Source: Paraphysomonas bandaiensis (Eukaryota > Protista > Chrysophyceae). Taken from it: a DNA stretch of 34,932 nt. The stretch is from contig CBFFRP010000381.1 of NCBI GenBank assembly GCA_965644295.1, positions 1-34,932 on the forward strand, given 5' to 3'. The position numbers and the translations under genes are program-made. Under the pieces are notes generated by a model. It saw only the letters and a list, made by a program, of their open reading frames with translations, had not been told where the DNA came from and did no database searches. This document shows, piece after piece, positions 1-12,566 of the stretch; the first letter of the stretch is position 1, and every line of letters starts with the position of its first letter.

Positions 1-830
1 TCCCTTATACAGTTGTGATGAGTTATTATGATCAACTGTGTTAGACTGATGTGTTTGGTATTGAATATGAATGATGTTCATTCCATTGATCACGGAATCG
101 TAGGTAGACATATTTATATTATTGATAATAAGATGCAATTTCCTTACTCTTGAAATTGCTGGTAGATAGCATTGTAGTTGTAGACATATATTTGTTCATT
201 GTGATTTGATTATATTGTTATTATTATGGAGGAGGAGACTCTTGATAGCGCACAAGAGTCTACTAAATTCGAGTCAGTGAGAAGGACCCTCAGGCTTATG
301 CTTGGAGGGTTAGACCCTTCCATTGCCAATGCCAGTGAGGATCAAATCCGGGATATAGGCTTGGCATTTGGGTTGTCTGAGATCGAATCAGAGACGTTGG
401 TGTCTCATATGTAAAGTATTCGAAGTATATAATCTAATATAAGAATACAGTAGTTGAAAAATGTAGTACATGAATCAATGATATAGTATGAATGATGTTA
501 GTGTGCTTTAATAAATAATATCACGCAGGATTATATGGGAAGTATGATTTACTGAATTCTAAATCAGACATCCCTTAACAAGAAAGTCTTAACAACATCG
601 TAAAACAATAATTCTTGATATTATATGTTCTACACATGAAGAAGTGATATTGATGCGCATACGATACGTATACATATTCCACGTCGCGATTTCGATACAA
701 GACAGCTAGACATGATATTAAAATTCGACATGGTATCAAAATCATAGCAAAGAGATTATGTACACAACTAATACTGCAGCAATTGCAGTACATATATATC
801 TACAATATTCAGTGTCGTGGGAAAAGTGTT

Positions 831-2246
831 CTAATAATCGCGAAGTAGTATAGTGATTAGAGCAAACATTCCCACCACGAAAACGACGGAGAAGAAGCAG
901 AGGGAAATACAAAGCTTCGACGAGACAGGTTCATCACCCCCCTGGAGTCATCACATCAGAATCAAAGTTTAAATATATAGTAATAGTTCATGCACCAACA
1001 GCTATTTTATTTCAAGAGATAGCGCAGACAATATAAGACAAAAGAATACTAACCAGCGCGGTAATCTGTCTCGAAATAATTTGTATACTGGAGGCGGACA
1101 TTAGCCGACTGGGACCAGGTTTCTGAAAATTATGGGTATCAGGTTCGCTGTATTCACCAATAAGATACTTCGCTGCAAGGCTGCTGACAAACGATTCATT
1201 GGGAGTGGAGGCATTGTATGTCTCAACATGCTTGCCAATTAACTGCACTAAGTCACACAAAGATGGAAGAAATTATATAAACGAACCAGTCCACATGCAG
1301 CAGCTTCTACACCCGACAGTGTGGATGAAGCGTCTTTGGGAGTGATCTTCAAGGCGGAAGTGGGATCGTGCATGTTGAATAGTGCAATGGTGCAGATGTT
1401 GTTCTATATTAAACTATATTAACTGGGCCTTATGTTGCGTGGTGTTGTAGCGTGGTGATGGTCGGCGATTATCAAAAGTACCAACCGTTACCTACCTCCA
1501 TTTTTACTTCCATCAACATGTCTACCCCTCCTTTCTGTGCTGACTTCCCCATTCCTTCTTCTAGTACCCGGACATACATACCTTCTACACAATTTTCGGA
1601 TCGACAAATACTTACATAGTCTTTCACCTTTGCACCAGAAAGAAGCGATTGAAGTTCCCCGTCAGTAGTGGAATTTCTTGAAAGAGATAAGAAAGATGTG
1701 TCCACACCATTAATCCATATCAGGTTCCCTCCAAGAGGTACAACAGAATTGCAGGTAAAGCGCACAATGTGTACGAATTCTTCAGGAGAAGTAAAGGGAA
1801 CATTCAGCAAGCAATTTCGCTCAGTTGCCTCCTTATGAGTCCTAATTCCGTGGACTAATCTGTGATTTGTAGGAACCAACATTAAGCACAACTCGCTGAC
1901 CACTTATAGAAAGTTTATCTACCAACCCAGTAGGAGGTATGGAAGCACGAAGTCCACTAGTGAATGGTGTCAGCTCATCACAGGAATGAATAAAGAGTAC
2001 CCGATATCCCTTTGACAAGAAAGCCTCAGCTGTTCCACCAGCATTCCACGCTCGTTTCTTTATTCCTATAAAATCATATCGTGATCCAGCAGGTGCACCG
2101 CATGTAATGACTGCAAGAGGAGTCCCATCATTCCTAGTGAAATAATTGATAGCTTTCTCAACTCCAATCAAAACTTTACTATATTTTCTTCGTTCCTTAC
2201 GGAGTGGAGTAGAGGAAGTAGCAGGAGATGTAGTCTCTATCTCCAT
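831..2246 (-). CDS. Divergent phosphopantothenate-cysteine ligase (PPCS/CoaB)-like protein with a C-terminal transmembrane tail; contains a 1-nt frameshift near 1855
   Basis: The segments LAVITCG, GTAEAFLSKGYRVLFIH..PF and HKEATERNCLLNVPFTSPEEFVHIVRFTCNSVVPLG follow eukaryotic PPCS order. Approximate exons: 2246-1480 (frame change near 1855), 1404-1292, 1243-1054, 941-831. The phase-0 junction CTG|GTTAGT...CCAG|GGG gives the final exon GGDEPVSSKLCISLCFFSVVFVVGMFALITILLRDY*. Confidence 0.6.
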
Positions 2247-2702
2247 TCTATACACTCACTCGTATGTGTATATATATGCACTTAGTAACACTGTTGTTGT
2301 GTATAGTTTCATTGAACACTCATATGGTTACTAGCGCAGATGCAGGTGTTCATGAGAATAACTGATATCGCAGTTAACAGGATGTAGGTTGGAGATATAG
2401 TCACTGGTCTGGTTGTTCTCTATGATATGATGATATATGCATAGTCTCACTGCACTCATACACTCATATCATACCCATGGTGTACTTTGCTATCGTACTG
2501 CTCTATATCTGGTAGAGGTGTAGAGGTACATTTCAGTACTGCTGGATATAGAGAGATAAAGTGCATACGTACTTATACTACGTCGTATACCTCTGTATAC
2601 AACACGCTTTGTACTGCTGTACATCATGAGGGTACGCTATATCGTAGTACTGCTGTATATAGTATGGTATGGTATGGTATGGTGTGGTATGGTATACCGT
2701 AT

Positions 2703-2862
2703 ACGGCAGTGTCCAAATCACGACGTATCATCTCATTTTGCGGTAACAAATTGAAGCAAAAATAATCTATATAACTGCAATACAATTACAGCTAGAATAC
2801 AGATAATTGTTGTCTCAATATTAGAGGCATCTTTGAACAAAAATATACAAACGATGCCGATA
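2703..2862 (+). repeat. Dispersed ~145-160 bp promoter-associated element, copy A
   Basis: The core 2741-2852 aligns without gaps to 23105-23216 (15 mismatches in 112 by manual count) and to the reverse complement of the copy at 14448-14593. Confidence 0.9.
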
Positions 2863-2941
2863 CGGACGGAGGCCGCATGCATCTCTTAACACACTCAACC
2901 CTCACAAGAACATCCAGATCTCTCCATACAATCTCATTACA

Positions 2942-4240
2942 ATGGACGATATTAATGATTCACATGATATGACTAAATTAACAGCAATTGATGCTTTTGT
3001 ATGTAAAGTATCTGCCACAACTCTCGGTTACTATGAAGACAAGTATCTGACTTACTTTAAGAGACACATCAACAAAGAGATCAGGAAGCAGCCCATAATC
3101 AACAGAGGTATATACTAGCTCTCTTATATATATATTCGATGGGTTGATACACTGTACTATGCAGGATATTATACGAGAGTGTTCTGTATGAGGACTGTGG
3201 TTGAGAGGTTCATGGAGGCCACTGCATCATCTGAACATCGACAGATTGTTAATATTGGTGCTGGATACGATACACTTTCGCTTCATATCCTGGAGCAGTC
3301 TGCATATAGTAATACATCCGTGTATGAAGTAGACTTTCCCGATGTCATAAGGAGCAAAGCAGGTGTGCTACTCAAAACAGATGAGATCAGCAGCATGCTG
3401 GATACCCCTCCTTTGGATTCAGCGAAAACTATGTATGGTTACTGCGCCGGAAAGTTGCGTCTGGTCGGTTGTGATCTCGGGAACCCTGAGGAACTCGTTC
3501 GCTCCCTTCAAGAGGCGGGGATTAGAGGCGACCTTCCCACACTTATCATCACAGAGTGTGTGCTTGTATGTATGTACTCCACAGTATTTACGACGTTTCC
3601 AAGCTTACTTCTGTGTGTTGTATAGATATGACTGAAACTGCAGTACATGATCTCTGTTCGGCTGTTATCTCCATGTTCACTTCAAGAGCAACGGATGAAC
3701 AAGGAACAGAAAAAAGTGGGGATCTGATTTGGGTATCGTATGATATGATTGAACCATTCGACGCGTTTGGAAAAATGATGAGGTACCTTTGCTACTGAGG
3801 ATAGTATACTATTGATTAATATTGTAGTCTATGCTTCAATTGATTGATATTGCTGCAATTTCGACATCTCGAATGTATCATAGCATATGCTGACGTGTAT
3901 ACTCCTCGTTGTTTGTGACGTAGTCTGTACTTGATGTTGCAGGAAAAATATTGAAACGGCAGCCGGATACAGAGTCCCTGGATTTACAGCTTTCCCGACC
4001 CTGTCATCGCATGAAAACAGGTTTATTCGATGTGGGTGCGAAAACGCCTACTCTTGCACAATGCTTCAGGCATACTCCTCTCTTGTACCTGCAGAAGAAA
4101 AGGTTCGGGTATCTCGCATTGAGATAATGGACGAGGTGGAGGAATGGAACCTTCTGATGTCGCACTACTCTTTGGATATAGGAGTTAAAGGACAATTGCT
4201 TGAGCACCTTGGAGATATAGCCTCTAGCAGTAGTATGTAG
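2942..4240 (+). CDS. LCMT1: Leucine carboxyl methyltransferase (PP2A methyltransferase), 4 exons
   Basis: Motifs: KVSATTLGYYED, KQPIINRG|YYTRV, QIVNIGAGYDT, YEVDFP, PTLIITECVLV|YM, EIMDEVEEWNLLMSHY. GT-AG introns at about 3108-3164, 3570-3624 and 3783-3942. Confidence 0.92.
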
Positions 4241-4676
4241 ACTAATCGGAAGCAGGGCGTATTTGTTATTAATTGCCCCAAGGACTGAAATTCTTTTGCA
4301 TTTGGTTAAACTCCCGACACGTTTGTAATTATGTAATTAAAGAGTGATTGTATTCATGACTATTTAATGTTTTTTATGTTTAAGTGACAACGCTATGATT
4401 ACGACATACACCAAAAACCAATAGTATAAAGTATAAAAGTAAAAAATACAAATCTTTTGTATTTACTTCGAAGAGGTATACGTATTCTAACTAAGAAAGA
4501 GCTATATCACTGTCCACTTTCTTACCAACAACCACCAAAGTCGTCAACTATAGTATGTAATATGTAATTATAAAGAACTAAAGAACAAATAATCGCGTTC
4601 TAAACTATGGAGATCATATGAACATATCTAACTGTATCCAACCTATAGGCAATACTAACAGGCCGAATGTCAATCG

Positions 4677-5482
4677 CTAAACCTTTCTAGCCTTTTTTTC
4701 CTCTGCTATTCTTTTAGCCTTCGCTTTTCGTTTCTCAGATGTTGCGCTACTTCTATTTTTTTTTTCTGATGGCTGCCTCTGAGGTGGAGTGGAAATTTCT
4801 AAACTCCGATACCGCTCCGTGCGATCCTTGTCTGCAAGTGTATGGTCATCACTGTGAACACTTTCAATGTCCCGACCAGATACACTCACGTCATCACCAG
4901 TAGATAACAACTGAGAGTAGCTAAATATATGATACAGTCATATCTATGAAGCAAGCAAACGATAATTTTTTCTCACCTTTCTCCTGATGCATATCTATTC
5001 TTAGCAACGTACAATATGACGAGCACTAAAGAAATAGCTAAGCCAAATAAACCTATCACCACAGGAAGAGATAACAAGTGCATCAGGTTAATGCCATCTT
5101 CTCTTCCTATACATTGACAAATGGCAGGCATTTCGCCGTATACACTATCTCCATGGCATGTCGATTCGAGATCACATGGGCCAAGGATGCGACCATTCTG
5201 GTAGAACAATCCAATGCTACAATTAGCATAACAAAGTCCCACTTCACACTTTCTTCGTGATGTCGTCAGTCTATTCATTGACTTCAAACCACAAAATTCA
5301 AGAGCAGATTGATGACAGCCTGTTTCTCTCATATCAGTCGACTGGCATTTCATTCCTACTGAATTACATGTCTTTGTACATGATCCTTGGCGACGTTTGT
5401 AGTGGATGAAATACTGTTGATTGTTGTTTGATAATACGATCGATGGAAGCAATACAAGTAAACTGAAGATGAGATGTTTCAT
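4677..5482 (-). CDS. Cys-rich type I membrane protein (signal peptide, 12-Cys ectodomain, TM helix, basic cytosolic tail)
   Basis: Signal peptide MKHLIFSLLVLLPSIVLS, 12 cysteines, TM LLSLPVVIGLFGLAISLVLVILYVA. A GTGAG donor at about 4976 splices to the Lys/Arg-rich exon ending at TAG 4677. Confidence 0.75.
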
Positions 5483-7139
5483 ATGTATGTATGTGTATGT
5501 ATGCTATTACTGATATATATAACAGATCAGATCAACCCTTCTATTCATATACATGCCTATCCATCCCTCTCTTATGAATGATCAGAGCGAGGATATATAC
5601 TCCTGTGTGTAATGCAGATAGCCAGATGAGTGCAGTGCAGTGCAGTGCAGTGCTGTGTGTCCTGTAGGCTCCAGAGGGTTCCAGATACAAAATTTTCGTT
5701 GTGATTTTTAGAGAGGCTAGTTATAGATTTCAGGTTATTTACGAATATCAGGGATTTTAGTCTGAAAAATACTGCAGTAAATCTACTGATGTCTACAAAA
5801 CTTTCTATTTTTATACTGGTGAATATACATTTGGATTTTTATAGAAATGCTGGAATTCCTGTTTGTAAATGATCGGGATTTTTAATCAAAATCCCAACTT
5901 TTACACCAATAGTATGTACAGTACATGTCCAGCGGTGACCTTTGCATGCATGTCCATAAGATACTCGCTGCTGTCTGTATTGAGACCTTAGCTCAGCCCC
6001 ATAGAATCTTGTGATAATCTCAAACTCGAGCATGATTCATCACACAGGGGGGTGATTGGTTGAGAGAGACTGAGGGGTACACTATGCAGCATACACTCCG
6101 AACAACCTCTCAATGTGACACAGACAGTGATGTACATGCAGCACCACTCATCATGGAGACGCTTACATCATGCTCGACACAGGCGAGAAGCCTCATCCAG
6201 ATGCTGTGGACGTATACACTGACAGTATCCGCTCATTATTATCCGCCAACTCATTACATAATATATCTTTCACACATCCCCCGACAAAACATGGCATCAT
6301 GTGTTCAGTACCGTCCTATTTGGGTCGACTTTACACTGATACATATATTATGATTCACATGACGTCCTGTTAAATCATGCTCTATAGGAAATGGTCTTGC
6401 TTGTCATAATATACTCTATATTCCACGAATGATAGCAAATGCAGAATCGAATCACATATGCATTCAACAGACCATATAATACTAACATGAATGAAACATT
6501 TTTTGGGAATTGCCGCAACTAGGAGCAATATGTGAATATGATTAGGGAGCTTATTTTCCTTGCAACCCATGTATTCATGTATTTAATCATTACTCATGTG
6601 TACACCAATAAGTGGTAACTATTGGAACATTACAATCAAACAAGTAGCTATAGTCAGTCAGGACTAGACAATTAGCCAATGACTGTGCGTATGTGATATA
6701 TCTATATAGTGTTACTAAGTTGTTACTAAGTGTGAATAGAAGTAAGTGTTACTAAGTGTCGAAAGGTTATGTAAGTAAAAGTTACGTTGTATCGAATGTT
6801 AGTTATTGGTAAAAATGAAACAAACTAAGACTAAGGAACAGATAGCAAAAAATATTACTAAATAAGTAGAAACAAACGATGCAGGAAGAAGTGTTAAGTC
6901 AGCCGACGGAAATGAATTGGTTTCAGTGAGCTGGTCATGTCTCCAGTTCGGCTGTTCGAGCTGCCACATGCTGCTGCTCGTTTAAAGTATCCATTCTCTT
7001 GCGGCGAATATTAGTAACGAATCATTTCATCCAGTGTATCTGGACAAGTAAGAGCATGCAATGTCTGATAGAAGGGATCAGGACTGCGGTCTTCCATGAT
7101 CGAACACTCTGCAGGCAAGGGAGTAAAATCTTCCTCAAG

Positions 7140-7201
7140 CTCCAGAGCGCAAGTAAAACTCCAGGATTGTCAGGCAAGGGAATTTTACTTGCGCTCTGGA
7201 G
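7140..7201. repeat. Perfect 19-bp inverted repeat with a 24-nt loop
   Basis: CTCCAGAGCGCAAGTAAAA (7140-7158) and TTTTACTTGCGCTCTGGAG (7183-7201). Confidence 0.9.
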
Positions 7202-7661
7202 TATATTCTGGATACGAGTGTATGGATGGGAGTTCTATGAGCTCTACTGGGATGCCCTTCGCGCTAACGAGAACAAAAGCGTCGTTTTTCATCGTCTTGT
7301 CATGGAGCATGCCAATAAAGAAGTGTCACTCCAGGCAACACTCACTGTGAGGACACGAATCTTAGTCGTGATGATAACTCTGACTTGATTGCAGTGAAGT
7401 TGTGATTGTGTAGTAATCGCAAATGCGGCTGACTAAAGTGTGACGTCGAACAGAACATTGAAGTATGGGCAGGCACTGGTATGTGAACAGCGTTTTGGAA
7501 CTCCAAGGAGCAGATAGGGATGGTTTGAGGGAACAAGATACCATCATCCAGCTGAAATCTTGATGTCGTGCTGCAGAAACCGCAACTTCAATTAGATAGT
7601 AGCGAATGCCACGCACTTAGATTGTGATGTCTTGGAATTCCAATAAGGCAACAATTCTGTG

Positions 7662-7823
7662 TGTGGGAATAAGTCGATCCAGCAGAATATGTCGATCCAG
7701 CAAAAAAATCCAGGCTTTTTTGATGCATGTTGTTTTTTGACGAATATATTTCAGAGAAATAACGAAAAAAGGTCGATTTTTTTGCTGGATCGACATATTC
7801 TGCTGGATCGACTTATTCCCACA
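7662..7823. mobile_element. MITE-like element, 162 bp, with perfect 49-bp terminal inverted repeats
   Basis: TGTGGGAATAAGTCGATCCAGCAGAATATGTCGATCCAGCAAAAAAATC (7662-7710) is the exact reverse complement of 7775-7823. Each TIR holds two GTCGATCCAGCA sub-repeats around an AT-rich interior. No clear TSD. Confidence 0.85.
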
Positions 7824-8894
7824 GAAGGAATTTGAGAGAGCGAATACACTGTGAATCGTGCCATTATTAACTGTGAGTTCGTATTGCAAGCTTCATCACT
7901 ATGCGGGAGAGCTATTGTGAAGGTTTATGCCTCATTATCGACAAAATGAGCGTGAAAAGTGGGTTCCCGTGACCTGTAGAAAAGCGGAGAGTGTATGTCT
8001 CGAGGTTATTGAAGATGACGCAAGCAAGCAGAATGCCTATTAGTATTGGAGGGGAGAAAAGCATTTGAAATGCGCAGTGAAAGTTCAGTCCGAGTAGGTC
8101 GTTGATTCATGTGCTGATTTACAGCATGAAACCGTGTTTGAAATGGAAAAAGAAGACCATGCAGGTGAGGTAGTGGATATGCTCGACTTACTGAGCAATG
8201 CTCTCAGTCGTGGTAAATAGAGAATTGCATCAGAAATGGCTTTAAGCTCCAGAGACTCCGGGCTAGTGTCAGGTAATAAGTAGTGGTACTAGAGACTAGA
8301 GTAGTAGAGTGTGTAGCTGGAGTACTATTGGGCTGTTGAGTAATAATCAGTTCATTCATTGGGGTACAGTTATTGCTTTTCTGTTACATGCGCAAGCAAT
8401 AATGAGACCTAGATGGTGTACTGTAATGTACTATAAGATTAGGTGAAATTTATATATGCTCAAGATTTGTCGTTAATTTGCAGCAAACGCATGCATGTGT
8501 ATGTAGCTCCTTCACTTTTAACTAATAAGCGTTTAGCGAGCATATCATTTAAAGCTAAATCGGTATATCCTTAAGGGATATGATAATTTGTCGCTATTAA
8601 ACTTTATTGCTACGTACAAAGTAGTTCTTACTATAGCAGAATGTGGACACTACTGCACGAGTTCCGACAACAGTGCGAGTAGTGCTTCCTACATACTGCA
8701 ATGAGCAATGAACTAGCATTACTGAACTCGCTTCAGCGGTAATTCCTAAGACCTAAGACACAGTCGGTGCAGTACACAAACTAAGATTTATGCTGCATTG
8801 ATATTAGGCACTCACCACTCGCTCACATCACTCTTATGTTCATATATATCAAACTATACTTGAATTCTACTTGAATGTTACATCACGATTACTT

Positions 8895-10652
8895 CTATTT
8901 GTCACCGTGCACTCGGAACCGATAAAGACACGTAAAATCAGGATTTCCGTGGTTGCTTAACACCTTAATCCTAACATATTGCATCGGTTCACTAGGAGGG
9001 TTCATGAGAGCGAAATGTTGAACAGGCGACTCAGCGTTGATATCATATCTGCCTCGATAGACTAGCCTAATATTCAGTGTTAAAATCGGTGTAATATAGT
9101 TTGGTCAGATAGAGTGCTACCTGAAGGGTTCATTTTCGTGAGACATACCATAGACCTCGAAGTCTTTAGGTGCTGTTGTGATATCAGTGGCATCCTCTCT
9201 ATAGCAAAATAGTAAGCAGTTGAAGTATTATAACTACGTATGTAGTAGCATACCGGGATATATGGTCCAGGGTTATGGAGTGAATGTTCAGGGGGTACAG
9301 TAATTTTACAGTCAGAAAACCCTCTGACCCCTAAAGATGATAATTTACAGGCATCGCGTGTATCAGCACAGGGTACGTAGACAAACACATATACAACAAG
9401 GCGTGTGTTGTACACAGGCATGTAAATAGGTATCATTTCTACAACACCAGGTAAGATAGAACGGTGCGTGAAATTACCGCCATTGCCCAGCAGTGCCCTA
9501 AGGACGAATCCGAAGAGATGGCTTCCTCAGGATACCCCACACCTGTTTCCATACCAAGGCGAGCTTTTACAGCAAAAAAAAGGGGATTAGTGTCGTCTGG
9601 TACGTATGTGTCAGAAGTGAGCTGAGAGACGACCCGTGCTCCCGCCCCATGTAGAGCGTGGTCCGGGAATAGTGAGTCGCTTTTAAGTCCATCATGCTTA
9701 CTTGAGGTACAGGTGGATTGTGGGACAAGGTCGTTGCATCGACCTCGCTCTGTCTCCCATAAACGGGAAATAACGTCCTGTACCTGTTCGACAGTCATTC
9801 CAGTAGACTTTTGCGTCTCCCGTACTGCCTCAAGATGATTACCCATTCGGTATGCCACTAAGTCCTCCACGAGCTCAGTGGCAATATCTCTAAATGCTTC
9901 CATAGCACGACCCTCAACGTGTCCAGACAAGTCGAGCCGTGATATATGGTCAAGAACTTCATCACGTGCAACGGAAAACAATTCTGTGATTTGTTCACCC
10001 TCACGTGCTTTCATTTGCCCAGTACTGGCTACCATGTTCTTTAACTCCTGTAGATTCTCCTCTGTCTCAGTATATCTTCTGAGTACTTCCTCAAGCCGTT
10101 GTTGCAGGGCAAGTGCAGTTTCCTCTAATTGAGAGTACTTTTGTATGGCCGGTTCATGCATTGCTCTAGCGACATGAATCAACTTAACGTATTGCGAAAT
10201 GACTTCATCAACGCTTCGCACGGTGTCTAGACCTTCACTTGAGGAAGCCATAATTACATTAGTGTCATCTTGAACAGGGTTAGTGCATGTCTCAGTGACC
10301 GTTGAAACCAGTTCTGAGACAACTCTCACATGCTCTTGGAGGTCGCTGAGGCGTGCAGAAAAGCTATGCTGGATCATAGAAATATTCTTCTGCTGAGAAA
10401 CATGGTAGCTGAGTTCCTCTTCTACACCCATAATTTTCTATATAGTCAAGTCAAATCCAGCATCACGATAAGAGTATATCATCAACTAGAACATACCGAT
10501 GCGAATGTAACACTGCCATCATATGATCTCAGAGTGGTCGCTATGTACAGCAGCGATACGAGAACAAAAAACGCTCCAGAAAAAATAAAAGCAGCATCCA
10601 CCGCAATACTTGATGACTTGAGTCGACGATAGACTGCACTGACCCCTTTCAT
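8895..10652 (-). CDS. SUN (Sad1/UNC-84) domain nuclear-envelope protein with N-terminal TM and coiled coil
   Basis: DHALHGAGARVV..TSDTY, GHCWAMA|GSEGFLTVKL..IHSITLDHI, TAPKDFEVYG and C-terminal VLSNHGNPDFTCLYRFRVHG. TM AAFIFSGAFFVLVSLLYIA. The start codon is tentative. Confidence 0.92.
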
Positions 10653-10900
10653 ATGCAAGAACCTGTGTATGTGTTTGTTATTATGAGGATATGTATGTGT
10701 GTATAGGAGTATACGGTACCTGTATATAATATCACACACAGAGATTAAAGTATTAAACAAACGATGATACCAGAGAAAGAGGTATCAGAGAATATGGGGG
10801 GAGTGATTGGAAGGTGTGTGGATGAGATAGGAGTTAATATATATATGGATTATATGCATAAGAGTCACGCTCAGGTTCAAATTTACAGTCACAGTTGCGG

Positions 10901-11165
10901 ATACATACATACATACATACATACATACATACATACATACATACATACATACATACATACATACATACATACATACATACATACATACATACATACATAC
11001 ATACATACATACATACATACATACATACATACATACATACATACATACATACATACATACATACATACATACATACATACATACAGACATATACATACAT
11101 ACATGTACATACATACATACATACATACATACATACATACATACATACATACATACATACATACA

Positions 11166-11197
<32 letters not shown>

Positions 11198-11353
11198 CAT
11201 ACATACATGTACATACATACATACATACATACATACATACATACATACATACATACATACATACATACATACATACATACATACATACATACATACATAC
11301 ATACATACATACATACATACATACATACATACATACATACATACATACATACA

Positions 11354-11385
<32 letters not shown>

Positions 11386-11457
11386 CATACATACATGTAC
11401 ATACATACATACATACATACATACATACATACATACATACATACATACATACATACA

Positions 11458-11489
<32 letters not shown>

Positions 11490-11577
11490 CATACATACAT
11501 GTACATACATACATACATACATACATACATACATACATACATACATACATACATACATACATACATACATACATACA

Positions 11578-11609
<32 letters not shown>

Positions 11610-11766
11610 CATACATACATGTACATACATACATACATACATACATACATACATACATACATACATACATACATACATACATACATACATACATACATAC
11701 ATACATACATACATACATACATACATACATACATACATACATACATACATACATACATACATACAT
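10901..11766. repeat. (ACAT)n microsatellite of about 865 bp with five recurring variant cassettes
   Basis: Read directly. The cassette ATAT(ACAT)3GT recurs with its G at 11105, 11209, 11397, 11501 and 11621. Confidence 0.98.
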
Positions 11767-12065
11767 AAATACAGCAGTACGTACTAAACTGAAAAATCCA
11801 TAGCACAAAAAAATAGGCAGAAAGAAATATGCTCATTTTTTTTACGAATGTAGACCATAATAGAAACGTAATTTCTCATAGATAATATTGACAACCTACA
11901 CACCAACCCGACAGATGGTAGACATGACGAGTGGCATATGGGTTGCTGTACAATACGCTTGTGCATATATATACAGGTCCAAGTATAGAGATCGATAATA
12001 GCACAGTGATACAACATATCCACTGCATATACTTATTCTTTACACACCACAAGTCGACTACAAAC

Positions 12066-12566
12066 ATGGACGAATCAGGAAAACTTGTTGCTGTGATTGG
12101 GGACGAGGCATGTCATATGCATCTTGTGATCTGTATCAGTGTAATGGTGTGCTATGCAGGACACTGTCACGGGGTTTGTGCTGGCAGGCGTCGGACACAG
12201 AACTGTAGAGGGACAGAATTTCATGATAGTGAAATCAGGTGCAGCGGTTATAATTGTTATGTATATTTCTCAAGTTTTTTTTTGCAATAGATACCGAGGT
12301 CCCTGCCATAGAAGATGCCTTCAGAAGTTACACCTCTCGTAGTGATGTGGGTATTGTTCTCATCAACCAACACGTAAGTTCATTGACACCTATGATTATT
12401 TTGTAAATGGCATTTACAGATTGCTAATGATATTCGCCACCTCTTGAGAGATTACAACAAGACCATCCCCACTATTCTTGAGATTCCGTCTAAAGACCAA
12501 CCCTACGACCCCGAGCAGGACTACATCATGCAGCGTGTCAATCTCATGCTTGGAGGACAGGCCTAA
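12066..12566 (+). CDS. ATP6V1F: V-type proton ATPase subunit F, 4 exons
   Basis: Spliced product LVAVIGDE|DTVTGFVLAGVG...DVGIVLINQH|IANDIRHLLRDYNKTIPTILEIPSKDQPYDPEQDYIMQRV. Introns 12108-12159 (GC-AG), 12239-12290 and 12374-12419. Confidence 0.97.

Noticed and set aside
226-414. 62-aa ORF MEEETLDSAQ...
   Set aside because: Coding-like composition, but short, with no recognisable motif or supported upstream exon.
6205-6230. VDVYTDS as an RNase H motif
   Set aside because: No other RNase H or RT motifs nearby.
10764-11836. Long YIHT/MYVC ORFs in all six frames
   Set aside because: Artefact of the stop-free (ACAT)n microsatellite.
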